Below are positions 20,162 through 30,716 of a DNA stretch of 64,000 nt, in pieces. Position numbers and translations under genes: made by a program. How positions within the stretch are numbered: position 1 is the stretch's first letter; each line of letters begins with the position of its first letter. Below the pieces are notes generated by a model. The model searched no databases and was not told the DNA's origin. It was given only the letters and a program-made list of their open reading frames with translations. Location of the stretch: NCBI GenBank assembly GCA_025998755.1, contig AP024674.1, forward strand, positions 876,467 through 940,466. The letters are read 5' to 3'. Source of the DNA: Armatimonadota bacterium (GTDB lineage: Bacteria; Armatimonadota; UBA5829; DSUL01).

Positions 20162-21424
20162 ATGCCGCCGTCCACCGTTCAACAGGGTCTGCAGTTCCCG
20201 GCCACAGGGTTCGACGTCTACCGCACACGTCAGGAGTTTCCCATCCTGAACCAGTTCGTGCGCGGCAAGCCGTTGATCTATCTGGACAATGCGGCCACCA
20301 CCCAGAAGCCGAACACGGTGCTCTGCGGCCTGAACCAGTTCTACGGCTGCTGCAACTCGAATATTCACCGGGGTGTGCACTTCCTCAGCGAACTGGCCAC
20401 CCGTCAGTACGAGGACGCCCGTCTGAACGCGCAGACGTTTCTGAACGCCCGCTCTCACCGGGAGATCATCTTCGTGCGCGGCGCAACCGAGGGGATAAAC
20501 CTGGTCGCCTACAGCTACGGCCGGGCGTTTCTGAAGGAGGGGGATGAGATCATCATCTCCGCCATGGAGCACCATGCGAACATCGTTCCCTGGCAGGTGG
20601 TGTGCGAGCAGACGGGAGCCAGGTTGCGCGTCGTTCCCATCAACGATGATGGCGAATTCCTGATGGAGGAGTATGAGAAGCTCCTCAGCGAACGCACGAA
20701 GATTGTCAGCGTCGTGCATATTTCAAATGCCCTGGGCACGGTGAATCCGGTGAAGGAGATCGTGCGCAAAGCGCATGAGGCGGGGGCCGTGGCGCTGGTG
20801 GACGGAGCGCAGTCGGTGGCGCACATTCCGGTGGACGTTCAGGACCTGGAGTGCGATTTCTTCGTTTTCTCGGGACACAAGCTGTTCGGACCCACAGGAA
20901 TTGGCATTCTCTACGGCCGGGAATCCCTGCTGGAGCGCATGCCGCCCTATCAGACCGGGGGAGATATGATTCTGTCGGTCACCTTCGAGAAAACGGTTTA
21001 CAATGATCTGCCCTACAAGTTTGAGGCCGGCACCCCCAACATCGGAGGAGCAATTGCCCTTTCTCCCGCTCTGGACTTCGTCCGCAGCGTGGACCTGCGC
21101 AAGGTCGCTCCGTACGAGGACGCCCTGCTCAAGTATGCCACGGAAAGACTCCTGGAGATTCCCGGTCTGCGGATCATTGGCAACGCGCGAGAGAAAGCGG
21201 CGGTCATCTCCTTCGTCATGGACTGCGCGCATCCGCACGATATCGGGACCATTCTGGACAGCGAGGGTATCGCCATCCGCACCGGCCACCACTGCGCTCA
21301 GCCCGTGATGCAGCGTTTCGGCGTTCCGGCGACAGCAAGGGCGTCTTTTGCGCTGTATAATACGCCCGAGGACGTTGACGCTCTGGTGAAGGGGCTGCAG
21401 AAAGTGGTCGAGGTATTCGGTTAA
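20162..21424 (+). CDS. sufS: cysteine desulfurase SufS (class V aminotransferase)
   Basis: Motifs IYLDNAATTQKP, SGHKLFGPTGIGILYG, RTGHHCAQP. Confidence 0.9.
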   Translation: MPPSTVQQGLQFPATGFDVYRTRQEFPILNQFVRGKPLIYLDNAATTQKPNTVLCGLNQFYGCCNSNIHRGVHFLSELATRQYEDARLNAQTFLNARSHREIIFVRGATEGINLVAYSYGRAFLKEGDEIIISAMEHHANIVPWQVVCEQTGARLRVVPINDDGEFLMEEYEKLLSERTKIVSVVHISNALGTVNPVKEIVRKAHEAGAVALVDGAQSVAHIPVDVQDLECDFFVFSGHKLFGPTGIGILYGRESLLERMPPYQTGGDMILSVTFEKTVYNDLPYKFEAGTPNIGGAIALSPALDFVRSVDLRKVAPYEDALLKYATERLLEIPGLRIIGNAREKAAVISFVMDCAHPHDIGTILDSEGIAIRTGHHCAQPVMQRFGVPATARASFALYNTPEDVDALVKGLQKVVEVFG

Positions 21425-21867
21425 TGGCGGATTTGCGGGAGCTGTACCAGGAGGTCATTCTCGACCACAACAAGAGTCCCCGGAACTTCGGAAAGCTGGA
21501 AAGTCCCACGCACCAGGCCGAGGGTTACAATCCCCTTTGCGGGGACCACTACTGGGTGTATCTCACCGTCACCGACGGCGTTATCTCGGACATCGCGTTC
21601 GAAGGTTCCGGCTGTGCAATCTCCAAGGCTGCCGCATCCCTGATGACCTCTCTTCTGAAAGGTAAGCCTGTCTCCGATGCGGAAAAGCTTTTCGAGCGCT
21701 ATCGCGCTATGGTTACCGGGCAGGGTGGGGGCGACCCTGCAGAAATGGGCAGGCTTGTGGTTTTCTCTGAGGTCAAGAACTATCCAACCCGCATCAAGTG
21801 CGCCGTTCTTCCCTGGCATACGCTGCACGCGGCTCTCTCGGGCGAACAGACGGCCAGCACGGAGTAG
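21424..21867 (+). CDS. sufU: SUF system Fe-S scaffold/sulfur acceptor SufU (NifU-like)
   Basis: Motifs NPLCGDHYWVYL, FEGSGCAISKAAAS, KCAVLPWHTLHAAL; start overlaps sufS stop (TAATG). Confidence 0.85.
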   Translation: MADLRELYQEVILDHNKSPRNFGKLESPTHQAEGYNPLCGDHYWVYLTVTDGVISDIAFEGSGCAISKAAASLMTSLLKGKPVSDAEKLFERYRAMVTGQGGGDPAEMGRLVVFSEVKNYPTRIKCAVLPWHTLHAALSGEQTASTE

Positions 21868-21876
21868 CAGACCCCT

Positions 21877-22989
21877 TCATTTCTTCAGCTCCTCTGCGGG
21901 GGGCTCTCGCTCCACATAGATTCTCAGTGCTAAGAGGCTCTGCTCAAGCATGCCTTTCTCGTCGTCGGAGATAAGCACCAGACTCCAGCTTCCATCGGCG
22001 AGTCTGGGGCCAAGCGCCATTCCTTCGAAGTTGTTCGGGGCTTCCAATCCAAATCTCTTTTGCCAGAGCAGCGTCTTACGCACAGCAGTAAACGCCCGCC
22101 CTTTTAAGCCATCCGTCATTTCACTCACATCGGAGGCCTCCTTCAGATCCAGAAGAAAAAGCCGGGAGGTAAACACTGGCACGTCGGCGATCAGGAGCCG
22201 CTGCACATCGAGCGCCCGTTCCAGAGCCAGCAGGCGGCCGGCAGGCAAACATGCGAGGGCCACCAATCCGCTTCGCTCCCGGCTGTGTCCTTTCGGCGGG
22301 CGCGCGCCTACGGGTTCCGTAGGGTAGGCATACTGTGCGGCGGGCTGCAGGTCCGGGCCGAACTGAAGCAGCCGCACGAGGCTCCCGGAGTCTACCATGG
22401 ACGGCTCACCGTCGGCCGGAAGTGCCTCTTCATTCGCTGTCCAAAAGTTCCGGCTATCGGGATCCCAGGCGAGCGCCTCAAACCCCAGGTTAGGGCGCCG
22501 GGTACGGAAGATGGGAGGAATCTCCAACTCGCGGACCATCTTGCCGCGCCGCGAAGGGCTGCCTTCCACGAGCTGGAACTGGCGGATTGTGGGGCCGGTC
22601 TCGTCTGCAATCCAGAGCGTGCCGTCGCGATTATCCCAGACAATGTCTTCGCAGTCCGCCCCGTGATCCAGCTCGATACGTTCGACCACGCGGGCTTCCT
22701 TTACCGCCCCGGTGCGCTCATCCAGCCGCACGTTCAACCGGAACACAGCCGGACGGGTGTCCGAGACGGCGTAAAATGTTTCCAGGCCATCGCCCTCGCT
22801 GGATGGCCCCCCCCAGGTCAAGCCACTCAGCTCGTGGGCTTCCAGTGCGCCTGAGTCAAGCAAAAACTTCCCCGCCGCCTCCACGCGAATCGGGGGTGGC
22901 TCCTGAGTGATGGCGGCCCGTGTGGCCGCTGTCATTGCGGGTGGCGGCGTTAGCGATAGCGTCAGGAGAATGGCAGTAAATGTGCGCAT
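21877..22989 (-). CDS. hypothetical secreted protein (possibly phytase-like/beta-propeller)
   Basis: Signal peptide (MRTFTAILLTLSLTPPPAMTAA); coding-like; family call tentative. Confidence 0.45.
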   Translation of the reverse strand: MRTFTAILLTLSLTPPPAMTAATRAAITQEPPPIRVEAAGKFLLDSGALEAHELSGLTWGGPSSEGDGLETFYAVSDTRPAVFRLNVRLDERTGAVKEARVVERIELDHGADCEDIVWDNRDGTLWIADETGPTIRQFQLVEGSPSRRGKMVRELEIPPIFRTRRPNLGFEALAWDPDSRNFWTANEEALPADGEPSMVDSGSLVRLLQFGPDLQPAAQYAYPTEPVGARPPKGHSRERSGLVALACLPAGRLLALERALDVQRLLIADVPVFTSRLFLLDLKEASDVSEMTDGLKGRAFTAVRKTLLWQKRFGLEAPNNFEGMALGPRLADGSWSLVLISDDEKGMLEQSLLALRIYVEREPPAEELKK

Positions 22990-23067
22990 TTTGACTGCTG
23001 AACGGAAGCGGGGCCCGGCATAGACGCTCCGAGCCCCGCTAAGGCCGGCCGGACCTGGCCCGCTTGT

Positions 23068-24399
23068 TCAAACGATCCAGGGCTTGCGCTGAGGGCGGGC
23101 CATCAAGGCGTTTGCTTCCGGGTCGTCAACGAACTCTTCTTTCTTCGGGTCCCAGCGAAGCTCACGCCCATGCAATCGCAGGCAGATGTTGGCCAGATGA
23201 CAGACCGTCACGGAGCGGTGCCCGATCTCAGCATCGCAAATGGGCTGCTTCCGGCTGCGGATACAGTCGAGGAAATTCTGCCCGTGATCGTCCGACACAT
23301 ACAGCCTTTCCGCATTGGCAGGGAGCGGATCGTTCGGAAGCCTCTCATCGCTCGCTCTGATCTGTCCCCGCGAAACGAATATGGAGCCCTCCTCGCCGAT
23401 GAAGTTGACTCCGTTTTCTCCCTGATTCGTGCAGCGCAGCGTCACCCCGTTGGCATACTTGAACTCCAGGTCGAACTCAGGAAACGTATTGAAGCAGCTC
23501 GGACCCAGAACCGCGGGATATTTCCCGGACCCGTGGACGGACACGGGGCCTGAACGGTCCATGCCCAACGCCCACTGAGCGATGTCGTTGTGATGCGCGC
23601 CCCAGTCGGTCAGCATGCCGCCGGAGTACTCCATCCACCACCTGAAGTCACGATGACACCGCTCCGGTATGTAGGGTGTCCAGCGCGCCGGCCCCAGCCA
23701 CATGTTCCAGTCCAGGTCGCTCGGCGCCCGCTGCACCTGAAAGGGGCCTCCGTTGGGTCCGGTGGGGAGGTGCGTTGAAACGAGTTTCAGTCTGCCCAGA
23801 CGCCCGTTCCGGACGAGCTCGCAGGCCAGGCGGAACTTTGCGTCCGAGCGCTGCTGGCTGCCGGTCTGGAACACCCTGCCCGTCTCACGCCAGACTTTGA
23901 CCAGCTTTTTGCCTTCATCAATGGTCAGCGTGAGGGGTTTCTCGCAGTATACATCCTTGCCTGCCTTCATGGCGGCGATGCAGATGTAGGCGTGCCAGTG
24001 ATCCGGGGTGCCGATGACCACAGCGTCAACATTGCGGTCCGCCAGCAGGTCGCGGAAGTCGCGGTATCCCTTGCAGTCCGGGCCGAACAGGTCGCAGGCC
24101 TCTTTCAGGTGGGTGGCGTCCACATCGCAGGCGGCCACTACTTTAACCCCTTCCTTGCTGGCCAGATTGCGGGTGACGTTTAGGCCCATGTGGTAGCCCT
24201 TCTTACTTCCTCCAGGACCGATCACCCCGATCTGGATCGTGTCGTTCCTGGCGATTCGGCGGGGACGCGCCGCAGCAGCCTCCGCACTGGCCGCGCGTGC
24301 TTCACGGGCGAACCAGGCCGGAAGCGATGCCAGCGTAAAACCGGCGGCGCTCTTTGCTAGGAAATCCCGGCGGGAAATCTCGTCGGATCCCCGACTCAT
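23068..24399 (-). CDS. Gfo/Idh/MocA family oxidoreductase with twin-arginine (Tat) signal
   Basis: Tat motif SRRDFLAKSAAGFTLASLPAWFA; Rossmann GxGxxG IGVIGPGG; ATG at 24399 preceded by ggagga; ORF-track start 24564 treated as extension. Confidence 0.75.
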   Translation of the reverse strand: MSRGSDEISRRDFLAKSAAGFTLASLPAWFAREARAASAEAAAARPRRIARNDTIQIGVIGPGGSKKGYHMGLNVTRNLASKEGVKVVAACDVDATHLKEACDLFGPDCKGYRDFRDLLADRNVDAVVIGTPDHWHAYICIAAMKAGKDVYCEKPLTLTIDEGKKLVKVWRETGRVFQTGSQQRSDAKFRLACELVRNGRLGRLKLVSTHLPTGPNGGPFQVQRAPSDLDWNMWLGPARWTPYIPERCHRDFRWWMEYSGGMLTDWGAHHNDIAQWALGMDRSGPVSVHGSGKYPAVLGPSCFNTFPEFDLEFKYANGVTLRCTNQGENGVNFIGEEGSIFVSRGQIRASDERLPNDPLPANAERLYVSDDHGQNFLDCIRSRKQPICDAEIGHRSVTVCHLANICLRLHGRELRWDPKKEEFVDDPEANALMARPQRKPWIV

Positions 24400-24581
24400 T
24401 TGGTTTTCCTCCGTCTTGAAGAAATATCTCCCTGAAGCCGACAGGCACCCGATTGGTGCCTTTGAGGGTGCATTATAGCTCCCCTGCTTGCAGTCCTCCC
24501 TCGTGGAGGCCACCTCGGAGAGGTGTCGGGTCATACGCCGATCACCATGACAGGCTCGCCGCAAGCCCGAAATTAGATATC

Positions 24582-26249
24582 TCAGGACAGTCCCACTACC
24601 TGACCGTCCACCAACTGCATGTTCTCTGCCGCCGGCCGCGGCGGTAGGCCGGGCATTGTCATGATGGTACCGGTGTAGATGACCACGAAACCGGCCCCGG
24701 CGGAAACCCTGGCATCCCGGACTGTGAGCCGGAAGCCCGAGGGGCGTCCCAAAAGGAGAGGATCGTCCGAAAGGGAATTTTGGGTCTTCGCCATGCAGAC
24801 CGGCAACCCGCCAAAGCCCAGGCGGGTTATCAGCGCCAGCTTCTTTTCCGCTTCCAGCGTAAACACCACCCGGTCCGCTCCGTAAACCTGCTTGGCGATT
24901 GTTTCGACCTTCTCCTCAATGGGACGGTCCAGATCGTACAGGAATCGGAAGTGGGGTGGCCGGTTTGAAATGGTCGCCAGCACGGCTCGGGCCAGGTCTT
25001 CGGCTCCTTCGCCTCCGCGCTTCCAGTGGTCCGCCAGCGCAACGCATATTCCACGCTCCCGGCAGCGGTCCACCAACAGCGAAAGCTCTTCTTCTGAATC
25101 GGATTTGAACCTGTTGACCGCAACGACAGGGGGCACGCCGTGAAGCTCCACGTTCTCGCAGTGCTTCCAAAGGTTATCCAGCCCCCGCTCCAGCGCCGCC
25201 GTATCCGGTTGCGCCAGCCGATCCTTGGCGGCTCCCCCGTGCATCTTCAGAGCGCGCACCGTCGCCACCACCACCGCACACGCGGGAGTCAGGCTGGCCG
25301 TGCGGCACTTGATGTTGAAGAATTTTTCCGCCCCCAGATCGCTCCCGAACCCGGCCTCCGTGATTACATAATCCGCCAGCTTCAGGGCCAGCCGAGTGGC
25401 GATGACGGAGCTGCATCCGTGCGCTATGTTGCCGAATGGACCCCCGTGGACGAACGCCGGAGTCCCTTCCAGTGTCTGAACCAGGTTGGGCTTGATGGCA
25501 TCCCTGAGCAGCACGGCCATCGCCCCCGAGGCTTTCAGCGCCTCTGCGGTGACCGGGTTTCCCTGCCGGTCCAGGGCGACAACGATCCTGGCAAGACGCT
25601 GTTTCAGGTCCTCAAGGTCCGTGGCCAGGCACAGCAGGGCCATCACCTCGCTTGCGGTCGTAATGTCGAAGCCCGTCTGCCGGGGGAGGCCATTCGCCCG
25701 CCCCCCCAGGCCGGTCACGATCTCCCGCAGCGAGCGGTCGTTCATATCTATGACCCGGCGCCACATCACCTCGTAAGGGTCTATGTTGAAGGCGTCACCC
25801 CGGTGGATATGGTTGTCCAGGAGTGCGGACAGCAGGTTATGCGCCGATGTGATGGCGTGGAAATCGCCGTTGAAGTGCAGGTTGATGTCCACCATCGGGA
25901 TGACCTGCGCGTAGCCGCCGCCGGTGGCACCTCCTTTCAGCCCGAAGCACGGCCCCAGGCTCGGTTCCCGGATGGCGATGCATGCGGAGTGGCCCAGACG
26001 GCGCAGGGCGTCGCCGAGGCCGATGGTCGTCGTGGTCTTGCCTTCGCCCGCCGGTGTGGGGGTAATACCCGTCACGAGGATGAGCCTGCCGTCTGGGCGG
26101 TCCGCGAAGCGATGGATAGCATCCATCGTCACTTTGGCCTTTACCGGCCCGTAAAGCTCGATGTCTGTCTCCGCAAGGCCCAGACGCCCCGCTACCGCTG
26201 TAATCGGCTCGGGAACGGCCTGCTGGGCTATTTCAACGTCAGTCAGCAT
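24582..26249 (-). CDS. fhs: formate--tetrahydrofolate ligase
   Basis: Motifs PTPAGEGKTTTTIGL, EPSLGPCFGLKGGATGGGY, NLHFNGDFHAIT. Confidence 0.9.
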   Translation of the reverse strand: MLTDVEIAQQAVPEPITAVAGRLGLAETDIELYGPVKAKVTMDAIHRFADRPDGRLILVTGITPTPAGEGKTTTTIGLGDALRRLGHSACIAIREPSLGPCFGLKGGATGGGYAQVIPMVDINLHFNGDFHAITSAHNLLSALLDNHIHRGDAFNIDPYEVMWRRVIDMNDRSLREIVTGLGGRANGLPRQTGFDITTASEVMALLCLATDLEDLKQRLARIVVALDRQGNPVTAEALKASGAMAVLLRDAIKPNLVQTLEGTPAFVHGGPFGNIAHGCSSVIATRLALKLADYVITEAGFGSDLGAEKFFNIKCRTASLTPACAVVVATVRALKMHGGAAKDRLAQPDTAALERGLDNLWKHCENVELHGVPPVVAVNRFKSDSEEELSLLVDRCRERGICVALADHWKRGGEGAEDLARAVLATISNRPPHFRFLYDLDRPIEEKVETIAKQVYGADRVVFTLEAEKKLALITRLGFGGLPVCMAKTQNSLSDDPLLLGRPSGFRLTVRDARVSAGAGFVVIYTGTIMTMPGLPPRPAAENMQLVDGQVVGLS

Positions 26250-27735
26250 TGTCTCTCCCTGTTGCGCGGTCCTTCACAGATGTTTCCTGCGCTTCGACGC
26301 GGCGTCCTGCCTTTCGGGCACGGCCTGTCTTTGTATCGGGCTTCGAGAAAAGCTGCTTCAGCCAGAGCGGGGTGATCAACGTGGTGACGACCACCATGAC
26401 CACAATGGCGGAATAGATGGATGAGGAGATGACAGGCTCTCCGCCCAGCACAAGCGCGGCGCCTATGCTTGCGAAGATAAGCCCCACCTCCCCGCGGGGA
26501 ATCATTCCTACGCTGACGATCAGCCGGTTTACCCCCTTCTGAACGACTGCCAGCCCGCAGACCATCTTTCCAACAATGGCGGCGGCAACCAGAGCAGCGG
26601 CAAGCCCCAGAACGGAAACGTCACCGAAGGATCTCAGGTCCACGTGGAGACCCATTACCACGAAGAAGACAGGTACAAAGATGGCTCCCAGGGGCTGGAT
26701 CACCTCTTCCAGCGGGCGCTCTCCCCGGACGCGGAAGCGTTCGAAGTGCCGGGGCTCCAGAATAAGTCCGGCCGCGAATGCACCGACGATCGGAGCGAGG
26801 CCCACCAGACCGGCAAGCCCTGCAAGAACGAAACAAATGGACACACTGACCGCCAACATGACTCCGGGAACGCGCATTCCCGACATGAGATTCATCAGAG
26901 GACGCGCCGCGATGCTGCCCACTGCCAGCGCTGCCGCCAGAAACAGCGTAGCTTTTCCAAGGATAATCGCCACTTGCCCTATGGAGATTCCGCCGTCTCC
27001 ACCCCGGTTGGCCGCTGCGATGACGCCGCTGACTACTGCAAGCACCACCAGCCCCAGGACATCGTCAATGACCGCCGCCCCGAGGATGATTCGAGCTTCC
27101 TTCGTCTGCGTCTTGTTCAGGTCTTTCAGGACTCTGGCGGTGATGCCGACGCTCGTGGCACAGAGGGTCGCTCCCAGGAAGACATGCGCCAGCGGCAGTT
27201 CCTCTGGTAGAAGAAGGACACCGACGAAATAGCCGAGGACCATCGGCGCGACAACGCCGGCGACTGCCGCCAAAAGGGAACTGAAACCCACCTCCAGCAG
27301 ATCGCGCATCTTGGACTCAAGCCCGACCTCGAAAAGCAGCAAAATGACGCCCACCTGCGCCGCGATGTTCAGCGGAACACTTGTCTTCAGAATGTCAAAG
27401 GCGTGCCATCCCAGCAAGGAGAGGTTTCCCAAAACGACGCCGACAGCAAGCTCACCGAGGACCGCAGGCTGACCTTTTCTCTCCACCAACTCGGCCCCGA
27501 TCTTGGCAGCCACCAGCACCACCGCCAATTCCAGAAGAAGGGGCAGGATCTCACGCTCGGCCTCCCGGGTGGCTTCTTCCTCAGTCAGTGTATGCCCGTG
27601 CAGGGTCTGACTGTGCTCTGCTCCCCGAGACGCGGGAGGAGACGGGGTGGGACCGGAAATCACGTCAGCCCGCCCTGCTGCGGCGACGGCAAGCGCAGCA
27701 GCCGCCACGAGTAAAAAACGTCGCACCTTGGACAA
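26239..27735 (-). CDS. cation:proton antiporter (sodium/hydrogen exchanger family)
   Basis: Multi-TM protein with exchanger-type N-terminal helix (LLLELAVVLVAAKIGAELVERKGQPAVLGELAVGVVLGN); stop overlaps fhs start by 11 nt. Confidence 0.75.
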   Translation of the reverse strand: MSKVRRFLLVAAAALAVAAAGRADVISGPTPSPPASRGAEHSQTLHGHTLTEEEATREAEREILPLLLELAVVLVAAKIGAELVERKGQPAVLGELAVGVVLGNLSLLGWHAFDILKTSVPLNIAAQVGVILLLFEVGLESKMRDLLEVGFSSLLAAVAGVVAPMVLGYFVGVLLLPEELPLAHVFLGATLCATSVGITARVLKDLNKTQTKEARIILGAAVIDDVLGLVVLAVVSGVIAAANRGGDGGISIGQVAIILGKATLFLAAALAVGSIAARPLMNLMSGMRVPGVMLAVSVSICFVLAGLAGLVGLAPIVGAFAAGLILEPRHFERFRVRGERPLEEVIQPLGAIFVPVFFVVMGLHVDLRSFGDVSVLGLAAALVAAAIVGKMVCGLAVVQKGVNRLIVSVGMIPRGEVGLIFASIGAALVLGGEPVISSSIYSAIVVMVVVTTLITPLWLKQLFSKPDTKTGRARKAGRRVEAQETSVKDRATGRDNAD

Positions 27736-27952
27736 ATCCTGCTATCCTATGGGTATCAGATTAAGCGCGGAGCCGGGACAGGGCCCGCTGCAAGGGACCG
27801 GACCAGGCAGTATCTTACTCGAATCTCCATCCCTTCCGCACACAGCACGGACGCACTCTGCGTGTGTTGCAGGCAGTGTCACTTGCGGGAACAATCTATC
27901 CGGTCGCCCACCAGTGCGCGCACATATTACAGAAGAAAACGAGGTGCGGAGT

Positions 27953-28867
27953 TTGGAGTACAGGATTCTGGGCAGAACAGGTCTTCGGGTATCGGTCATC
28001 GGGCTGGGAGCGCTCGAGGTGGGCCGGCCGTGGGGGATCCGTGGGGAGGGGGATACGGGGCAACCACCCTCTGAGAGGGAGGCGCTTCAGTTCCTGAACC
28101 ACGTGCTGGATAGCGGTATCAACTTCATCGATACGGCAGCTGCATACTGGGCCAGTGAGGAGCGGATCGGGAAGGCGCTTTCGTCCCGGCGGGATGAGTT
28201 CATCCTTGCCACGAAATGGGGAGAATGGTGCGATGAGAGTGGTTCCGTCTACGACTACTCGCCATCGGCGATGTGGAAATTCCTTGAAGAAAGCCTCCGT
28301 AAGCTCCGCACGGACGTAATTGATGTCTATCAGATTCACTCCGCGCCGCTGGAGGTGATTCAGCGGGGAGATGCCCTTGCCGAGATGCAGAAAGCCCGCG
28401 ATCAGGGCAAGGTGCGTTTTCTGGGGTGCTCTTGCGGCGAGCAAGAAGCGCTGGCCGCCATCGAGTGCGGAGGATTCGACACCATCCAGGTCAGTTACAG
28501 TCTGCTGGACCTTACCATGGAGGAGAGCGTCCTGCCGGCGGCTCTGACTTCTGGGGTTGGGGTGATCATCAAGGACGGTCTGGCGGCGGGGCGGTTGACT
28601 CAGAAGGTGCAGCGGTTGGGGGATGAACACACGGAGCTAAAGCACAGGGTGGAGGTCTTCCGGGATCTTGCAGGCGCGTGGGGTATGAGTCTGCCCGAGA
28701 TGGCCCTTCGTTTCGTCCGCGCGAATCCGGCTGTGTCCACCATCATCGTGGGCACGCGGTCCCGTATCCATCTTGCGGAAAACCTCCGGGCAGCGGAAGG
28801 CGCTCCCCTCTCGGAGGAACAGATGGCCACGCTGCGGCGTTACCTCAGCGCGCCGCACCAAGCCTGA
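27953..28867 (+). CDS. aldo/keto reductase
   Basis: Canonical N-terminus EYRILGRTGLRVSVIGLG and INFIDTAAAY motif; TTG 27953 chosen because ORF-track start 27647 overlaps the divergent antiporter gene. Confidence 0.8.
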   Translation: MEYRILGRTGLRVSVIGLGALEVGRPWGIRGEGDTGQPPSEREALQFLNHVLDSGINFIDTAAAYWASEERIGKALSSRRDEFILATKWGEWCDESGSVYDYSPSAMWKFLEESLRKLRTDVIDVYQIHSAPLEVIQRGDALAEMQKARDQGKVRFLGCSCGEQEALAAIECGGFDTIQVSYSLLDLTMEESVLPAALTSGVGVIIKDGLAAGRLTQKVQRLGDEHTELKHRVEVFRDLAGAWGMSLPEMALRFVRANPAVSTIIVGTRSRIHLAENLRAAEGAPLSEEQMATLRRYLSAPHQA

Positions 28868-28891
28868 ACCGGCTGCCCGCCGCTCGTTGCC

Positions 28892-29719
28892 ATGGATGGC
28901 TGGCGTCCGGGGATTTCCGTTGAAAACTGGAGCGTCTGGGTTTCTTCCTGCCGTCCGGCTCGAGTTGTCGGCGCTCTTGCTGCGTTGCTTGTCCTTCTTG
29001 TTCCGGCGCCCCTTGAAAGGGGCGTCCTCCCTCCCGGAGTAGTTGAATCGCGCGTGCTCCTGCGACGGGCACAACTGCTGGAAGCGCGCCCACGTCGCCG
29101 GGCTTATCACCCGCCGCACGTTGTCAAGGTCTGGATGGTGGAGCACCGCGGCAGGGTTTTCCGGTGCATCCAGCTCCCGCGATGCGAGCACTTGGAGGCC
29201 ATCCTCTCGCTGGACTGGAACGGCCAGACGCTGGAACAGGCCAAAAAACGGCACGGAGGCGTAGCCGCGTGCACCGACGGCTTCATTCACAGCCGCAACC
29301 TTACTCCGGCGGATTTCCTCCAGACGAACGGCCGCCGCCTTTCGCGCGCGCTCACGGGGCGTTGGATGCTTGTCATCCAGCAGAGCGGGGCGCTGGACAT
29401 TCACGGCAACTATTTCCTGGTGAAGGGCAAGGAGGGTGTCACGGCCGCAGCCCTGGGCCAGAGGCTGGTGCCTCTCGCGTATGACGGTTTCTCCAAAGCG
29501 TTCATGAACCGGGTTACCGACAGGATGGGCATAGGCATGACGAATCATCACATCTTCATCGCCGCCGGCCGTTCAGATATCTGGCGCTTCTCGAAGCTTT
29601 TCAGTGAAGTGCTTCACTGTAAGGTGGCCATCAACACGGACGGCGGTCACGTGGTGCGGGGACGGTCGTCCACACACATCGTGTTCAGGTGGAAGAGTCC
29701 ACAGCCGATAACCAGGTGA
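28892..29719 (+). CDS. hypothetical protein
   Basis: Coding-like ORF whose antisense ORF is Arg-rich junk; no confident family (NTDGGH motif loosely reminiscent of phosphodiester glycosidases). Confidence 0.35.
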   Translation: MDGWRPGISVENWSVWVSSCRPARVVGALAALLVLLVPAPLERGVLPPGVVESRVLLRRAQLLEARPRRRAYHPPHVVKVWMVEHRGRVFRCIQLPRCEHLEAILSLDWNGQTLEQAKKRHGGVAACTDGFIHSRNLTPADFLQTNGRRLSRALTGRWMLVIQQSGALDIHGNYFLVKGKEGVTAAALGQRLVPLAYDGFSKAFMNRVTDRMGIGMTNHHIFIAAGRSDIWRFSKLFSEVLHCKVAINTDGGHVVRGRSSTHIVFRWKSPQPITR

Positions 29720-30672
29720 GAGCGATTCACGAGGAGGAACCTGTGCTGTTCACACGTCACCCCGCCAATCCTGTCCTAGGGCCTTCAGATCTCTGGTGGG
29801 AATACAGAGCCACTTTCAACTGCGCCGCAGCCGAAAAAGACGGGCGCGTCTACCTGCTATATCGCGCGATCGGCGACGATCCCCTCTCGCGCCTGGGACT
29901 GGCCGTCTCGGAAGACGGCGTGCTTTTCGAGCGATATAATCTGCCGGTTTTCGAGGGCGATCCTGACAATCCCTGGGAAAGGCTGGGAGTAGAGGACCCG
30001 CGCGCAACGTTTCTAGACGGGACTTTCTACGTCACCTACGTCGCCGCCTCGGTGTATCCCGCCGGCCATCCGCGGCCGGCATTCAGTTTCGGAGCGCCCT
30101 GGCGAACACGGGTCTGTCTGGCCGCGACGGACGATCTCCAGAACTATCGCCGCTTGGGAGTCATTCTGCCCGATTCGGACAATAAAGACGTTGTGCTATT
30201 CCCGGAGAAGATCCGCGGGCGCTACTGCCTGATGCACCGGGAATACCCGGATATGTGGGTGGCATTTTCTGAAGACCTCATTCACTGGACGGACCATCGC
30301 CGCATTCTGTCTCCCCGGCCTGGTTACTGGGACTGCAATCGCATCGGGGCCGGAGCCCCGCCATTCAAGACGGAACTGGGGTGGGTGGAGATCTACCACG
30401 GCGTCGACGACGATCGCCGGTATATGGCGGGAATCGCGCTGCTTGATCTGGAAGATCCTTCCCGTGTCATCGGGCGATCAGCGGAGCCGCTCCTTGTGCC
30501 CTCAGAATGGTATGAGTGTGAGGGGCTGGTCCCGAATGTCTGCTTCCCGAGCGGTGTAATCGAGCGGGACGGGGTATTCTATGTCTACTACGGCGCCGCT
30601 GACAGATATGTGGCGCTGGCCACCGTCTCAAGAAAGGACCTGCTGGACTACCTGGCCCGCCTGAGAGAGTAA
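29689..30672 (+). CDS. glycoside hydrolase family 130 protein (putative beta-mannoside phosphorylase)
   Basis: GH130-type motifs ([52 protein letters not shown]). Confidence 0.7.
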   Translation: MEESTADNQVRAIHEEEPVLFTRHPANPVLGPSDLWWEYRATFNCAAAEKDGRVYLLYRAIGDDPLSRLGLAVSEDGVLFERYNLPVFEGDPDNPWERLGVEDPRATFLDGTFYVTYVAASVYPAGHPRPAFSFGAPWRTRVCLAATDDLQNYRRLGVILPDSDNKDVVLFPEKIRGRYCLMHREYPDMWVAFSEDLIHWTDHRRILSPRPGYWDCNRIGAGAPPFKTELGWVEIYHGVDDDRRYMAGIALLDLEDPSRVIGRSAEPLLVPSEWYECEGLVPNVCFPSGVIERDGVFYVYYGAADRYVALATVSRKDLLDYLARLRE

Positions 30673-30716
30673 GAAGCGGCCAGCGTGAAGGCACCGGCGG
30701 TCAGGAGGCGTCCGAT

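Noticed and set aside
24447-24463. Inverted repeat ggcacc-cgatt-ggtgcc between fhs and the Gfo/Idh/MocA gene
   Set aside because: Only a 6-bp stem without a U-tract; too weak to call a terminator or operator
25140-26375. 411-aa ORF on the plus strand
   Set aside because: Antisense to fhs; Arg/His-rich junk translation
27647-27952. N-terminal extension of the aldo/keto reductase ORF
   Set aside because: Overlaps the divergent antiporter gene; the canonical AKR N-terminus (EYRILGRTG) begins at 27953
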